DNA from: Candidatus Dormiibacterota bacterium
Lineage (GTDB): Bacteria; Chloroflexota; Dormibacteria; Aeolococcales; Aeolococcaceae
Direction: 5' to 3'
DNA length: 64,000 bases
Assembly (NCBI GenBank): GCA_963718525.1
Contig: OY970355.1
Coordinates: 1,344,001 to 1,408,000, forward strand
The notes under the pieces were generated by a model. It was given only the letters and a program-made list of their open reading frames with translations. It ran no database searches and was not told where the DNA came from. The first letter of the stretch is position 1. Each line of letters begins with the position of its first letter. This document shows, in pieces, positions 55,998 through 64,000 of this stretch. The translations under genes and the position numbers were made by a program.

Positions 55998-58151
55998 CTA
56001 GCCGTGCGCGGCCGGGACGGGCTCCTGCACGCGCAACTCGCCGATAACCCTGGTGCCATCACCTGGGTGAGAGATCACCTCCACCTTACCGCCGAGCGCG
56101 TCCATCCGATCGTTCATATTGGTGAGCCCGGCACCCTTGCGCGCGGTCGCAGTATCGAACCCGGCGCCGTCATCCTCCACCTCGAAGGTCAACGTAGCGG
56201 GATCGGGGCTCGCACGCAGACGCACCACAGCGTGGGACGCCCCCGCATATTTCTGCACGTTCTGGAGCGCTTCGAGCACGCAGAAGTACACCGTCGCCTC
56301 AACATCCTGAGCGTAGCGCGCGACCCCCGCCGCTTCCACGCGCACCGGCACCGTCGCCTTGCGAGCCTGCAACTCCAGGGCCACCACCAGCCCCTTATCG
56401 GCGAGGAGCGGCGGGTAGATTCCCCGGGCCAGATCGCGAAGCGTCTCAAGGGTCTCGTCCGCATCGCCCTTCAGCTGCTCCAGGATCGCCGCCACTTTCG
56501 CCGGATCCCGCAAAAGGAGCATCTCCGCCAGTCCGAGTTTCACCTTCAACGCCACCAGGTGCTGCTGAGCCCCGTCGTGTAGGTTGCGCTCCAGCCGGCG
56601 CCGCTCCACGTCCTGCGCGCTCACCAATCGCTGCCGCGAGGCGCGTAGATCATCGAGCCGCGCTCGCAGGTCTGCGCTCAGCCCCACGTTCTTGAGCACC
56701 AATCCCGCCTGGTGGGCCAGGTCGTCCACCAGCTTCTGCTCGATCGGCGTCAGGGCTTCGCTGCGGCGCTTGCTCACGCTCAACGCCCCGAGCAAATCTC
56801 CCTGATAGCGTACCTCGACCGCACGGGTGACACCATGCATCGCCGGCAGAGTGCCATTGCGCATCGACAGAGGTTCGTGCATCCCCAAGCCCTCCGGAAA
56901 GGTCGCCGCCGGACGCAGCTCGGCCTTCCCGCGAAGCCACACCGTCGCCAACTCCGCTCCGGTCGCCTGTTGGAGCACCCGCGCCATGCGGGGCAGAACC
57001 TCGTCCGCCGCGTACGTCTCCGCCACCCGCCCCGAGAACTCGCTCAACACCTCGTACGGTGTCGCCCGCTTCCCATACACCAGACGATTGGCAATCCGCT
57101 GCACCCGCTCCCGCACCGGCTGGAACCCGATCGCCACGATCGCCGTGGCCAGGATCGATAGCGCTAGGTTGGGCTTCCCTCCGCTCCCGACCAGCGCGCC
57201 GATTCCCACCGCGATGCCCACATACACCGCCGTGATGAACACGGCCAGTGAGCCGTACACGAGGGTGCGGCTGATGACGATGTCGATGTCGTACAGCCGG
57301 TACTTGAAAATGGCGACGCCGGTTGCAGCGGGAAGAGCCACGCCGAACCCCAATCCGAGCGCCGCGGCGGCCGGCCATGAGGGAAAGTGCGCGACGAAGA
57401 GGTTGCCGAGAGCCGCCAGGAGGACCGCAGTCCCTGCCACGACCACGGCGTACGCGATCCACTTGAGCTGCTCACGTTCGTCGCCTCGAGATCTGCGCAA
57501 GCGCACAAGCGGTGCGACCGCCGCCAACGCAAATACAATGAAACCCGGCAGCCAGGCAGCACCGAACAGAGTGATTGTGGCGCCGATTGGTCCATTGGCA
57601 CCGACGCCAAGAGGATTCAGTGGCGTCGGGAAATTTGGTGTTCCGGACACCAAGGGCCCCGCAGCGAAGATTCCACCAAGGGCTGCGAGCGTCGATAGGA
57701 TGACCGCCGCCCATGCCACCCACCGCCAGCGGCGCGACAGTAGACGGCCGTCGGGAAGGACAAGCATGAGGAGGGCGATGGCACCGGCGGGAAACAGGAG
57801 GTCCTGCTCCCAGGAGGCGAGCCAAACGGCCCAGACACCGCCTGGCAGCGAACCGCGGTGGGTGAGGAGTGCGTAAAGCGCGTATTCGTCAGCCATGCCC
57901 CCCAACCCGATGGCCACGGCGACGAAGAGGAACAGCCAACCAGTCGGGTTGCGCGGCTGCCGCGACGCGACCAGTGCACCAACGAACCCGAAGCTCACGG
58001 ACACAACAGCAATAGGTATGTCACTTGAGGCCGCGCTGGCGGAGCGGTTTGCAATGACAAGGAGAACGGTTGCGACTCCGATGGCGGCAGCCAGGGCACC
58101 CAGGCCGACGGCCAGGACCTGAGCAGCGTCTCGATGCCTTGCCATGCTCAT
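55998..58151 (-). CDS. membrane sensor histidine kinase (HisKA_3 type, GAF-like domain)
   Basis: RQPRNPTGW, KYRLYDID, ERRRLERNLHDGAQQ, EALQNVQKYA, DDGAGF, GLTNM.DR..ALGG; TATCGT 7 nt before ATG 58151. Confidence 0.9.
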   Translation of the reverse strand: MSMARHRDAAQVLAVGLGALAAAIGVATVLLVIANRSASAASSDIPIAVVSVSFGFVGALVASRQPRNPTGWLFLFVAVAIGLGGMADEYALYALLTHRGSLPGGVWAVWLASWEQDLLFPAGAIALLMLVLPDGRLLSRRWRWVAWAAVILSTLAALGGIFAAGPLVSGTPNFPTPLNPLGVGANGPIGATITLFGAAWLPGFIVFALAAVAPLVRLRRSRGDEREQLKWIAYAVVVAGTAVLLAALGNLFVAHFPSWPAAAALGLGFGVALPAATGVAIFKYRLYDIDIVISRTLVYGSLAVFITAVYVGIAVGIGALVGSGGKPNLALSILATAIVAIGFQPVRERVQRIANRLVYGKRATPYEVLSEFSGRVAETYAADEVLPRMARVLQQATGAELATVWLRGKAELRPAATFPEGLGMHEPLSMRNGTLPAMHGVTRAVEVRYQGDLLGALSVSKRRSEALTPIEQKLVDDLAHQAGLVLKNVGLSADLRARLDDLRASRQRLVSAQDVERRRLERNLHDGAQQHLVALKVKLGLAEMLLLRDPAKVAAILEQLKGDADETLETLRDLARGIYPPLLADKGLVVALELQARKATVPVRVEAAGVARYAQDVEATVYFCVLEALQNVQKYAGASHAVVRLRASPDPATLTFEVEDDGAGFDTATARKGAGLTNMNDRMDALGGKVEVISHPGDGTRVIGELRVQEPVPAAHG

Positions 58152-58295
58152 GCAGGCCACGATATCGACGGCTCGATGGAATGTCGATGGTGCGGGCCGC
58201 CCCAACGAGAGGGTGTCAGCACTCCTCATGGTTCGGAGAACGCCGCGGCCTGATTGAACGGCGCCCGCATCCGCGACCGGCGCAGTTGGTGATGC

Positions 58296-59159
58296 CTACG
58301 CGGCGATGCCCGCGAACAGGTCCGTCTCCGGCAGCGCGGCGGGCTTGCGCGAGATGACGAGCTGGAAGTACTCATCGGCGAATTGTTTGAGCACGTCGTC
58401 TGGCATGGAGAGCTGAGGCCAGTCCTCTGAGATCTGACTGTGATGCGCGCGCAGCGCATCGCGTTTCCGCCCGATCACGTCGACGCAGTCGATGGTTGTG
58501 GTCACCTCCTCATCCGGGGTGAGGAATTCCATCTCGTCGGGGCTCGTCTCGCCGAACGGCGGATCGATCCCGGCCTGCTTTGCCATCTCGACCATGCGTG
58601 CGAACTGAGCCCGCGGAAACGCCGTGTAGTAGAGCTTCTCGACGCGCCAGGTTTCGCCGGCATCCTTGTACATCGGCTTGAGTTGAGCGGCCTCGACCGC
58701 CAGCAGGGTCGCGCGGTGGGTCTGGATGTGATCCGGGTGGCCGTAACCGCCGTTGCCGTCATATGTGACTACAACGTGTGGGCGGAAGCGGCGGATCTGG
58801 GCAACGAGTTTCCCAATGGCTTCGTCGATTGGCACCATCCAGAAAGCGTCGGGGAGGAAGTTGGTCGGTGTCCCGGCCATTCCCGAGTCACCGTACCGGA
58901 GGAACTCGACCTCATCGACCTCGAGGATGCGACACGCCTCGCGCAACTCGGCTTCGCGAATTTCGGCAAGGTGTGGACGCGTAGTCTCCTCGGGCATGTT
59001 GGGGTCGACGATGGTCGCGAGCTTGCCATCCGTGCAGCAGACGACACAGGTTCGCGCCCCGCGATCCGCATACGTCGCGAGTGTGCCACCCATGGTGATC
59101 GTCTCGTCATCACAATGCGCGTGCACCGCCATCAGGCGCAGTTGTGGATCAGCCATCAC
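58296..59159 (-). CDS. PIG-L family deacetylase/amidase (Mca/MshB-like)
   Basis: VHAHCDDE, R..EL..AC..L, YGDSGM, GGYGHPDH, AL.AH.SQ, ETDLFAG. Confidence 0.85.
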   Translation of the reverse strand: MMADPQLRLMAVHAHCDDETITMGGTLATYADRGARTCVVCCTDGKLATIVDPNMPEETTRPHLAEIREAELREACRILEVDEVEFLRYGDSGMAGTPTNFLPDAFWMVPIDEAIGKLVAQIRRFRPHVVVTYDGNGGYGHPDHIQTHRATLLAVEAAQLKPMYKDAGETWRVEKLYYTAFPRAQFARMVEMAKQAGIDPPFGETSPDEMEFLTPDEEVTTTIDCVDVIGRKRDALRAHHSQISEDWPQLSMPDDVLKQFADEYFQLVISRKPAALPETDLFAGIAA

Positions 59160-59632
59160 TCCTCGTCGATCTTGACCGACCGCATCACGTCGTCTTTGCG
59201 GATCGCACCAACCACGTCCATGCCCTTCACGACCTGACCAAACAGGTTGTACGACTTGGTGAGCTTGTGGCGATCGTCGACGGTGCAGATGAAGAACTGC
59301 GAGCCGTTAGTGTTCGGTCCGGAGTTCGCCATCGCGACTGCTCCCGCCTCGTACTCGCCCTGCACGGGCTCATCCTCGAAACGGTATCCCGGACCGCCGC
59401 GGCCCGTTCCTTCGGGGCAGCCGCCCTGGATGACGAAGTCGTCAACGATGCGATGGAAGGTGAGGCCGTCGTAGAAGCCATCTCGGGCGAGGAACACGAA
59501 GTTGTTGACCGACTTCGGCGCGCGCGCCGGGTCGAGGGCGATGACGATGTCACCGCGGTCGGTCGTGATGGTCGCGTTATACCGCTTTGCAGGATCGATG
59601 ACCTGCTCTGCGGCTGTGTACTTCTTGGGCAT
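59156..59632 (-). CDS. cyclophilin-type peptidyl-prolyl isomerase
   Basis: FYDGLTFHRIV, QGG, AMANSGPNTNGSQFFI, FGQV. Confidence 0.95.
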   Translation of the reverse strand: MPKKYTAAEQVIDPAKRYNATITTDRGDIVIALDPARAPKSVNNFVFLARDGFYDGLTFHRIVDDFVIQGGCPEGTGRGGPGYRFEDEPVQGEYEAGAVAMANSGPNTNGSQFFICTVDDRHKLTKSYNLFGQVVKGMDVVGAIRKDDVMRSVKIDEE

Positions 59633-59635
59633 CGA

Positions 59636-59668
59636 GGCAGTCTACCCGGGGTGGCCGGGTAGACTGCC
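59636..59668. terminator. 14-bp perfect hairpin without a U-tract, overlapping the -10 box of the cyclophilin gene
   Basis: GGCAGTCTACCCGG-ggtgg-CCGGGTAGACTGCC, 15 nt past the stop of the upstream minus-strand gene. Confidence 0.5.
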
Positions 59669-59683
59669 GATCCGCCGGACGGG

Positions 59684-60262
59684 TCAGAGCGCGGAGTTCG
59701 ACCCAGTGACGGCGGCTGGGGAGCCTGTCGACGTGGGGGGCGTCGACGTGGAGGGGGTTTTGGGGAACCCGCCGAAGCGGACGTGGATGTAGGTGCTGAG
59801 GTTGAGGTTCATCAGCTTGCTGATGCCTGCGGTTGCTGCGGCGCTGAGGGTGGTCTCCTGCGCCTTGGTGATCTTGCCTTCGGAAACAGCCTTGTTCAGT
59901 CGAGTGGTCAGCTTGTCCATGACGGCGCTTTCCACGGCCTGCGCCTTGGAGCCGTCGATCTGGGCGAGGGTCTCTCCATTGAGCAAGTCCTTGAGGACCG
60001 TCGTGCGGCTGAGCCCGGTTTCCTTGACCGATTCGCGGAAGAGCGCCAGGGCGATGTGCCTCGCTGCCACCGCTTTGGCTCCCGCATGGCCGGTCTTGGC
60101 ACCTCCCGGTGCCGGTGTGGTCGCGAGCGTCGATGCGTTGCCTCCGGTCACACCGGAAGCAAGGGCTGGGATGATCGAGACGGTTGCGATGCCCGCGACC
60201 GCGACGACCGCGAATGCGGCCGCGCTGATCGCGACCCGTTTGGTGAAGAAATTCCCGAACAT
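59684..60262 (-). CDS. hypothetical secreted/membrane-anchored helical protein
   Basis: signal/TM segment, GETLAQI...AVSEGKITKAQ helical domain, Ser/Thr/Pro tail. Confidence 0.65.
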   Translation of the reverse strand: MFGNFFTKRVAISAAAFAVVAVAGIATVSIIPALASGVTGGNASTLATTPAPGGAKTGHAGAKAVAARHIALALFRESVKETGLSRTTVLKDLLNGETLAQIDGSKAQAVESAVMDKLTTRLNKAVSEGKITKAQETTLSAAATAGISKLMNLNLSTYIHVRFGGFPKTPSTSTPPTSTGSPAAVTGSNSAL

Positions 60263-60399
60263 CCTGGCGCTCCTCTGGATTCGAACTTGTTTTATGGTGG
60301 GCGGTGTCCTCATTGTCTTCGGCGCTGACGCGCGTTCCCTGAGCCGGTCCTGAGACGTGAGGTTCCTCCCCGATCCGCCCTGCAACACGGAGGCATCAC

Positions 60400-61689
60400 G
60401 TGGACGGTGCCGCTGAGAGGCCGGTGGTCGGGCTCTTTGGGGCGTTCGATTCCGGCGAACTCGGCGAGGTTGCGCTGCGCCGTGTCCTCGAGTCGGAGAT
60501 CGCGCGGCGACGCCCGGACATCGCGCTCATACCGCTTGCGCCGTTCGGCTCCGAACGCCCGGTTGCCGCTGACGAAGGACGCCCAGCCCTGCCACTCGCG
60601 CGAGTGTCCGGCGACGACCCGGTCGCGCTCGACGCGATGATCATCGCCGGCGACGTCCTTGGTGACGACCACCGATGGGCTCTCCGGTATCCGGTTGCAG
60701 GCGAGGCGATGACGGAGCGCCGCGTCGGCTCCCTGGTTATCAGCGGAAGGCTCGGCGACCGCGACGCTGCGAAAGCCGTCACGTGGTTCGGAGTAGGCCC
60801 GGCCAGCGGTGATGTGGATCTGACGGCTCTTGTTGGCAGGGACGTCTGGGCGCGGGATCGGGCGACCCAGGAGCACATCGGCGGGACGTCCGCGCAGTCT
60901 GGAGACCCGCTGCTCATGGCCCACCGGATCTTCCAATCGGAGGTGCTGCGCAGGCGAGTGGATCTGCTCCGTCTCTGCGGCGCCGTTCCGGCAGGACGCA
61001 GGATCGTGGTCGAGGTGGCGCCCAGCCTCTCTGCCTCACCTTCCTGTGAACGCCTTGTCGAGGCGGTTTCGGCGGCGCTGCGCGCCGACCAAAAGCTTTC
61101 CGTGGTCGTCGTCGACCTCAGGCCCACCCGGCAACTCAACCTTGTGGAGACGTTCCGGGTGCCAGGCCTGCTCGCGGAGCGCGTCCATCGTCTTCCGGAC
61201 TGGGCGGGGCTCGACGATATCGCGGCCGCGATCTCGGGTTCGGCGGCGATGATCGCCACCTCCCCGGCAGCGGCGCATATCGCCGCGTCGCTCGGCGTGT
61301 CCGTGGCGGCGGTCGATACCGGGATCGGCGACCGGTTCGACTCCTCCATACCGGCGCTCGCCGCCGACGTTCCGGCGATGCAGGCGTTCCTCGCCAACGG
61401 GCGACCGGCGAGCATCGACGCGGCGATGCAGACGCTCGACGGTGCGCTCGCCGAGCTTGCCGAGCGGCTTCCTCGGAGCGCAGGGTCGCCGCGGCCCGCG
61501 ATCGATCCAGAGGGCATCGATTCGGCGCTGACCGTCCTGCAACGGCGCCTGGCCGATGAGCGCACGGCCCTGCAGGCGGAGCTTTCACGCCTTCAGTCGG
61601 AGCTCGATCACCTCCGCGAATCGCCGGAGCATCGGATCACCCGGCCGATCCGAGAGGGCTATGAACGGTGGCAGCGACGTCGAACGTGA
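60400..61689 (+). CDS. degenerate polysaccharide pyruvyltransferase-like protein with a C-terminal coiled coil
   Basis: GLFGAFDSGELGE, VWARD, GDPLL, IATSP..HIAASLG; coiled coil LQAELSRLQSELDHL followed by SPEHRITRPIR. Confidence 0.6.
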   Translation: MDGAAERPVVGLFGAFDSGELGEVALRRVLESEIARRRPDIALIPLAPFGSERPVAADEGRPALPLARVSGDDPVALDAMIIAGDVLGDDHRWALRYPVAGEAMTERRVGSLVISGRLGDRDAAKAVTWFGVGPASGDVDLTALVGRDVWARDRATQEHIGGTSAQSGDPLLMAHRIFQSEVLRRRVDLLRLCGAVPAGRRIVVEVAPSLSASPSCERLVEAVSAALRADQKLSVVVVDLRPTRQLNLVETFRVPGLLAERVHRLPDWAGLDDIAAAISGSAAMIATSPAAAHIAASLGVSVAAVDTGIGDRFDSSIPALAADVPAMQAFLANGRPASIDAAMQTLDGALAELAERLPRSAGSPRPAIDPEGIDSALTVLQRRLADERTALQAELSRLQSELDHLRESPEHRITRPIREGYERWQRRRT

Positions 61690-62906
61690 TCCAGTTTCCG
61701 GAGGTTGCGCGGCCGGAGGTGACCGTGGTCATGCTCACCTATAACCGCTGGGATCTCACCAAGGAAGCGCTCCGGCTGCTCGCCGAGGTCACCGAACCGC
61801 GCTACGAGGTCGTGATCGTCGACAACGCCTCAACCGACGGCACCCTCGGCGAGCTCGACCATGTCAGCGGGGCGCGCATCCTTCGCAATCCGCGCAATCT
61901 CGGCTTTGGTCCCGGCAACAACCAGGGCGCCGCCATCGCCAGGGGCCGGTACCTGCTCCTGCTCAACAGCGACGCGTGGGTCAGACCGGGGTGGCTCGAG
62001 CCTCTGATCGACGTGCTCGATGCCGATCCCGGGGTGGCTGCGGTCGCCCCGAAGCTGCTCTACCCGGATGGCCGGCTCCAGGAAGCGGGTTCCATCCTCT
62101 GGCGCGACGCCAGAGTCCGCCAGTACGGCGACGGCGATATTCCCAACCGCCCCGAGTACAGCTTCCGCAGGACGGTCGACTACGCGTCAGCAGCGTGTCT
62201 GCTGATCCGCCGCTCCGCGTTCATTGCGGTCGGTGGATTCGATCCCCGATTCGCGCCGGTCTACTGCGAGGACGTCGACCTCTGCCTCGCTCTCGGGGCA
62301 GGACCTGGCCGGGTTGTCTACCAGCCTCGATCGGTGGTGGAACACGTCCGCGGCGCCTCCAGCAACGGCGGAGTTCAGGGCGCCCGAATCGAACGCAACC
62401 GCCGCCTGCTCCGCGCGCGCTGGCGTGAGCTCCTCGACCGCCGGCCCCCTGAGAGCTGGCGTGTCGAGCCGACCGCGATCGCCGGCGGGCGCGACGCCAT
62501 GACCTGCGAGCGAGTCCTCGTGCTCACCGGTCAGAGACCCGACGCCGCCGGCACCGCCGAGCAGCGCCGGCTGCACTCCCTGGTCGGCGCTGCCGCGCGC
62601 CGCTGGTCCGAGGCCCGCTGGTCGGTCGCCTCGCTCGACGGCGAGCCGGTCACGAGACCCGACGCCATGGGGGACGCCGGGATCGAAGCCGTCACCGCCG
62701 TGGATTCGTGGGACGAATGGCTCGCCGGTCGCCGGTACCACTACGGCATCGTCGCCCTGGCTGATCCACGTTGGGAGACGGGTCCGCTGGGCGCGCTTTT
62801 GGAGGCCACTCAGCCACAGGCGGTGCGAGTTTCCATGACCGAACGGGTCGATCTCGGAGCCACGGCGATTGCTCTTGGCCGCCCCGATCCGGGCATTCGG
62901 GCGTAG
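61668..62906 (+). CDS. GT2 family glycosyltransferase
   Basis: VDNASTD, NLGFGPGNN, LLNSD, LQEAG, DYASAAC, GGFD..Y.EDVD. Confidence 0.9.
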   Translation: MAATSNVIQFPEVARPEVTVVMLTYNRWDLTKEALRLLAEVTEPRYEVVIVDNASTDGTLGELDHVSGARILRNPRNLGFGPGNNQGAAIARGRYLLLLNSDAWVRPGWLEPLIDVLDADPGVAAVAPKLLYPDGRLQEAGSILWRDARVRQYGDGDIPNRPEYSFRRTVDYASAACLLIRRSAFIAVGGFDPRFAPVYCEDVDLCLALGAGPGRVVYQPRSVVEHVRGASSNGGVQGARIERNRRLLRARWRELLDRRPPESWRVEPTAIAGGRDAMTCERVLVLTGQRPDAAGTAEQRRLHSLVGAAARRWSEARWSVASLDGEPVTRPDAMGDAGIEAVTAVDSWDEWLAGRRYHYGIVALADPRWETGPLGALLEATQPQAVRVSMTERVDLGATAIALGRPDPGIRA

Positions 62907-62951
62907 GTGCGTTAGAGTTTCGATCCCGAGGCGATTACTACGGAGGCACTC

Positions 62952-63725
62952 ATGAAGGTCGTCGTCTGCGTCAAGCAGATCCCCGACCCGAACACGACCG
63001 GCCAGCTCGATCCGACCACGCACCTGCTCAAACGCGACGGCGTAGAGGTGGTGCTCGATCCCGGCGATGAGTTCGGCGTCGAAGCGGGACTGCAGCTCGT
63101 CGAGGCCCAGGGCGGCGAGGTGACCGTGGTGTCGATGGGTCCTGAGCGCGGCATCGACGCGGTCCGCAAGGCCCTGGCGATGGGCGCGTCCAAGGGCATT
63201 CTGATCTCCGACGACGCACTGCGCGGCTCCGATGCGCTCACCACGGCGCGGGTCCTGGCGGCTGCGATCCGGCGCGAGGGTTTCGACCTCGTGATCACCG
63301 CCACCGAATCGACGGACGGCTATACAGGCGTGGTCCCGCAGATGGTCGCGGAACTCCTCGACGTCCCAGCCGTGACCTTCGCGAAGACCCTCGAGGTCGA
63401 CGGTTCGACCCTCAAGGTCAAGCGGCAGACCGAGGCAGGCTACGACCTCGTCGAGGCGGGCCTTCCGGCTGTCGTCAGCGTGACCGCCGGCGTCAACGAG
63501 CCGCGCTACCCGTCTCTCAAAGGAATCATGGGCGCCAAGTCGAAGCCGCTCGATCGCCTCACATCGGGCGATCTGGGCCTTGACGGCGCCGGTGGCGGCA
63601 GCGCCGGCCAGAGCATCACGAGTGTCGAGCCGGCACCCCAGCGAGCCTCAGGATCGATCGTGAAGGACGATGGCGAGGGGTACAAGCGCATCGCCGACTT
63701 CCTCGCTGACAGGAAGGTGATCTGA
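62952..63725 (+). CDS. etfB: electron transfer flavoprotein beta subunit
   Basis: VCVKQIPD, ALAMGA, SDALTTA, NEPRYPS.KGIM.AK; SD GGAGG. Confidence 0.95.
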   Translation: MKVVVCVKQIPDPNTTGQLDPTTHLLKRDGVEVVLDPGDEFGVEAGLQLVEAQGGEVTVVSMGPERGIDAVRKALAMGASKGILISDDALRGSDALTTARVLAAAIRREGFDLVITATESTDGYTGVVPQMVAELLDVPAVTFAKTLEVDGSTLKVKRQTEAGYDLVEAGLPAVVSVTAGVNEPRYPSLKGIMGAKSKPLDRLTSGDLGLDGAGGGSAGQSITSVEPAPQRASGSIVKDDGEGYKRIADFLADRKVI

Positions 63726-63728
63726 CCG

Positions 63729-64000
63729 ATGGCCCTGGACAAGATCTGGGTGTTCGCCGAGGTCGCGGGCGGGAAACCGGCGCCCGTCGCACTCGAACTC
63801 CTGACCAAGGCGAGATCGCTCGGTGGCACCGTCGAGGCCGTCGCCTTTGCGCCGGACGCAGCCGATGCCGCCGGTGAGCTGGGTGCTCACGGGGCGTCGA
63901 CCCTGTACGCGGGGACCGATCCTCTGTGGGGCGAGCTGCTCCTCGGCGGTCCTGCGGCCGATGCGCTGGCGACCCTGATCGAGGAGCACAAACCCGACCT
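63729..64000 (+). CDS. etfA: electron transfer flavoprotein alpha subunit (5' part, truncated by the window edge)
   Basis: MALDKIWVFAE..GKP...ELLTKAR; starts 3 nt after etfB. Confidence 0.85.
   Translation, partial: MALDKIWVFAEVAGGKPAPVALELLTKARSLGGTVEAVAFAPDAADAAGELGAHGASTLYAGTDPLWGELLLGGPAADALATLIEEHKPD

Overview
GC-rich bacterial chromosomal window. Gene content and protein style suggest a Chloroflexota/Ca. Dormibacterota-like or actinobacteria-like soil monoderm (inference only). In order it holds: (1) a PyrR-regulated pyrimidine operon pyrB-pyrR-pyrC-carA::carB-pyrK-pyrD, where carA and carB form one ORF whose linker is partly encoded by a 128-bp palindromic element with perfect 23-bp terminal inverted repeats; (2) a plant-AMT2-like ammonium transporter, a membrane GGDEF-EAL protein, GNAT, NfuA, ATP-grasp, tRNA-Lys(UUU), PlsC and an acidic/histone-H1-like protein; (3) a frameshifted apt followed by ahcY and an M16 peptidase; (4) a dispersed surface-glycan region with an amino-sugar module, flippase, GT-C, Wzm/Wzt, methyltransferases, several GT2s, rmlC/rmlB, a 1075-aa secreted repeat protein and three WbdD-like coiled-coil proteins; (5) a nucleoside-phosphorylase-like/ABC-F/EamA/methyltransferase operon divergent from an adenosine-kinase-like gene and a thiolase; (6) a ~6-kb accessory patch starting at an HNH remnant; (7) an Mca/MshB-like deacetylase, a cyclophilin, a pyruvyltransferase-like protein, a GT2 and etfBA. 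Many genes look leaderless (TANNNT 6-7 nt before the start codon). No CRISPR array, rRNA, integrase or transposase was seen. All assignments come from reading motifs by eye; no searches were run.
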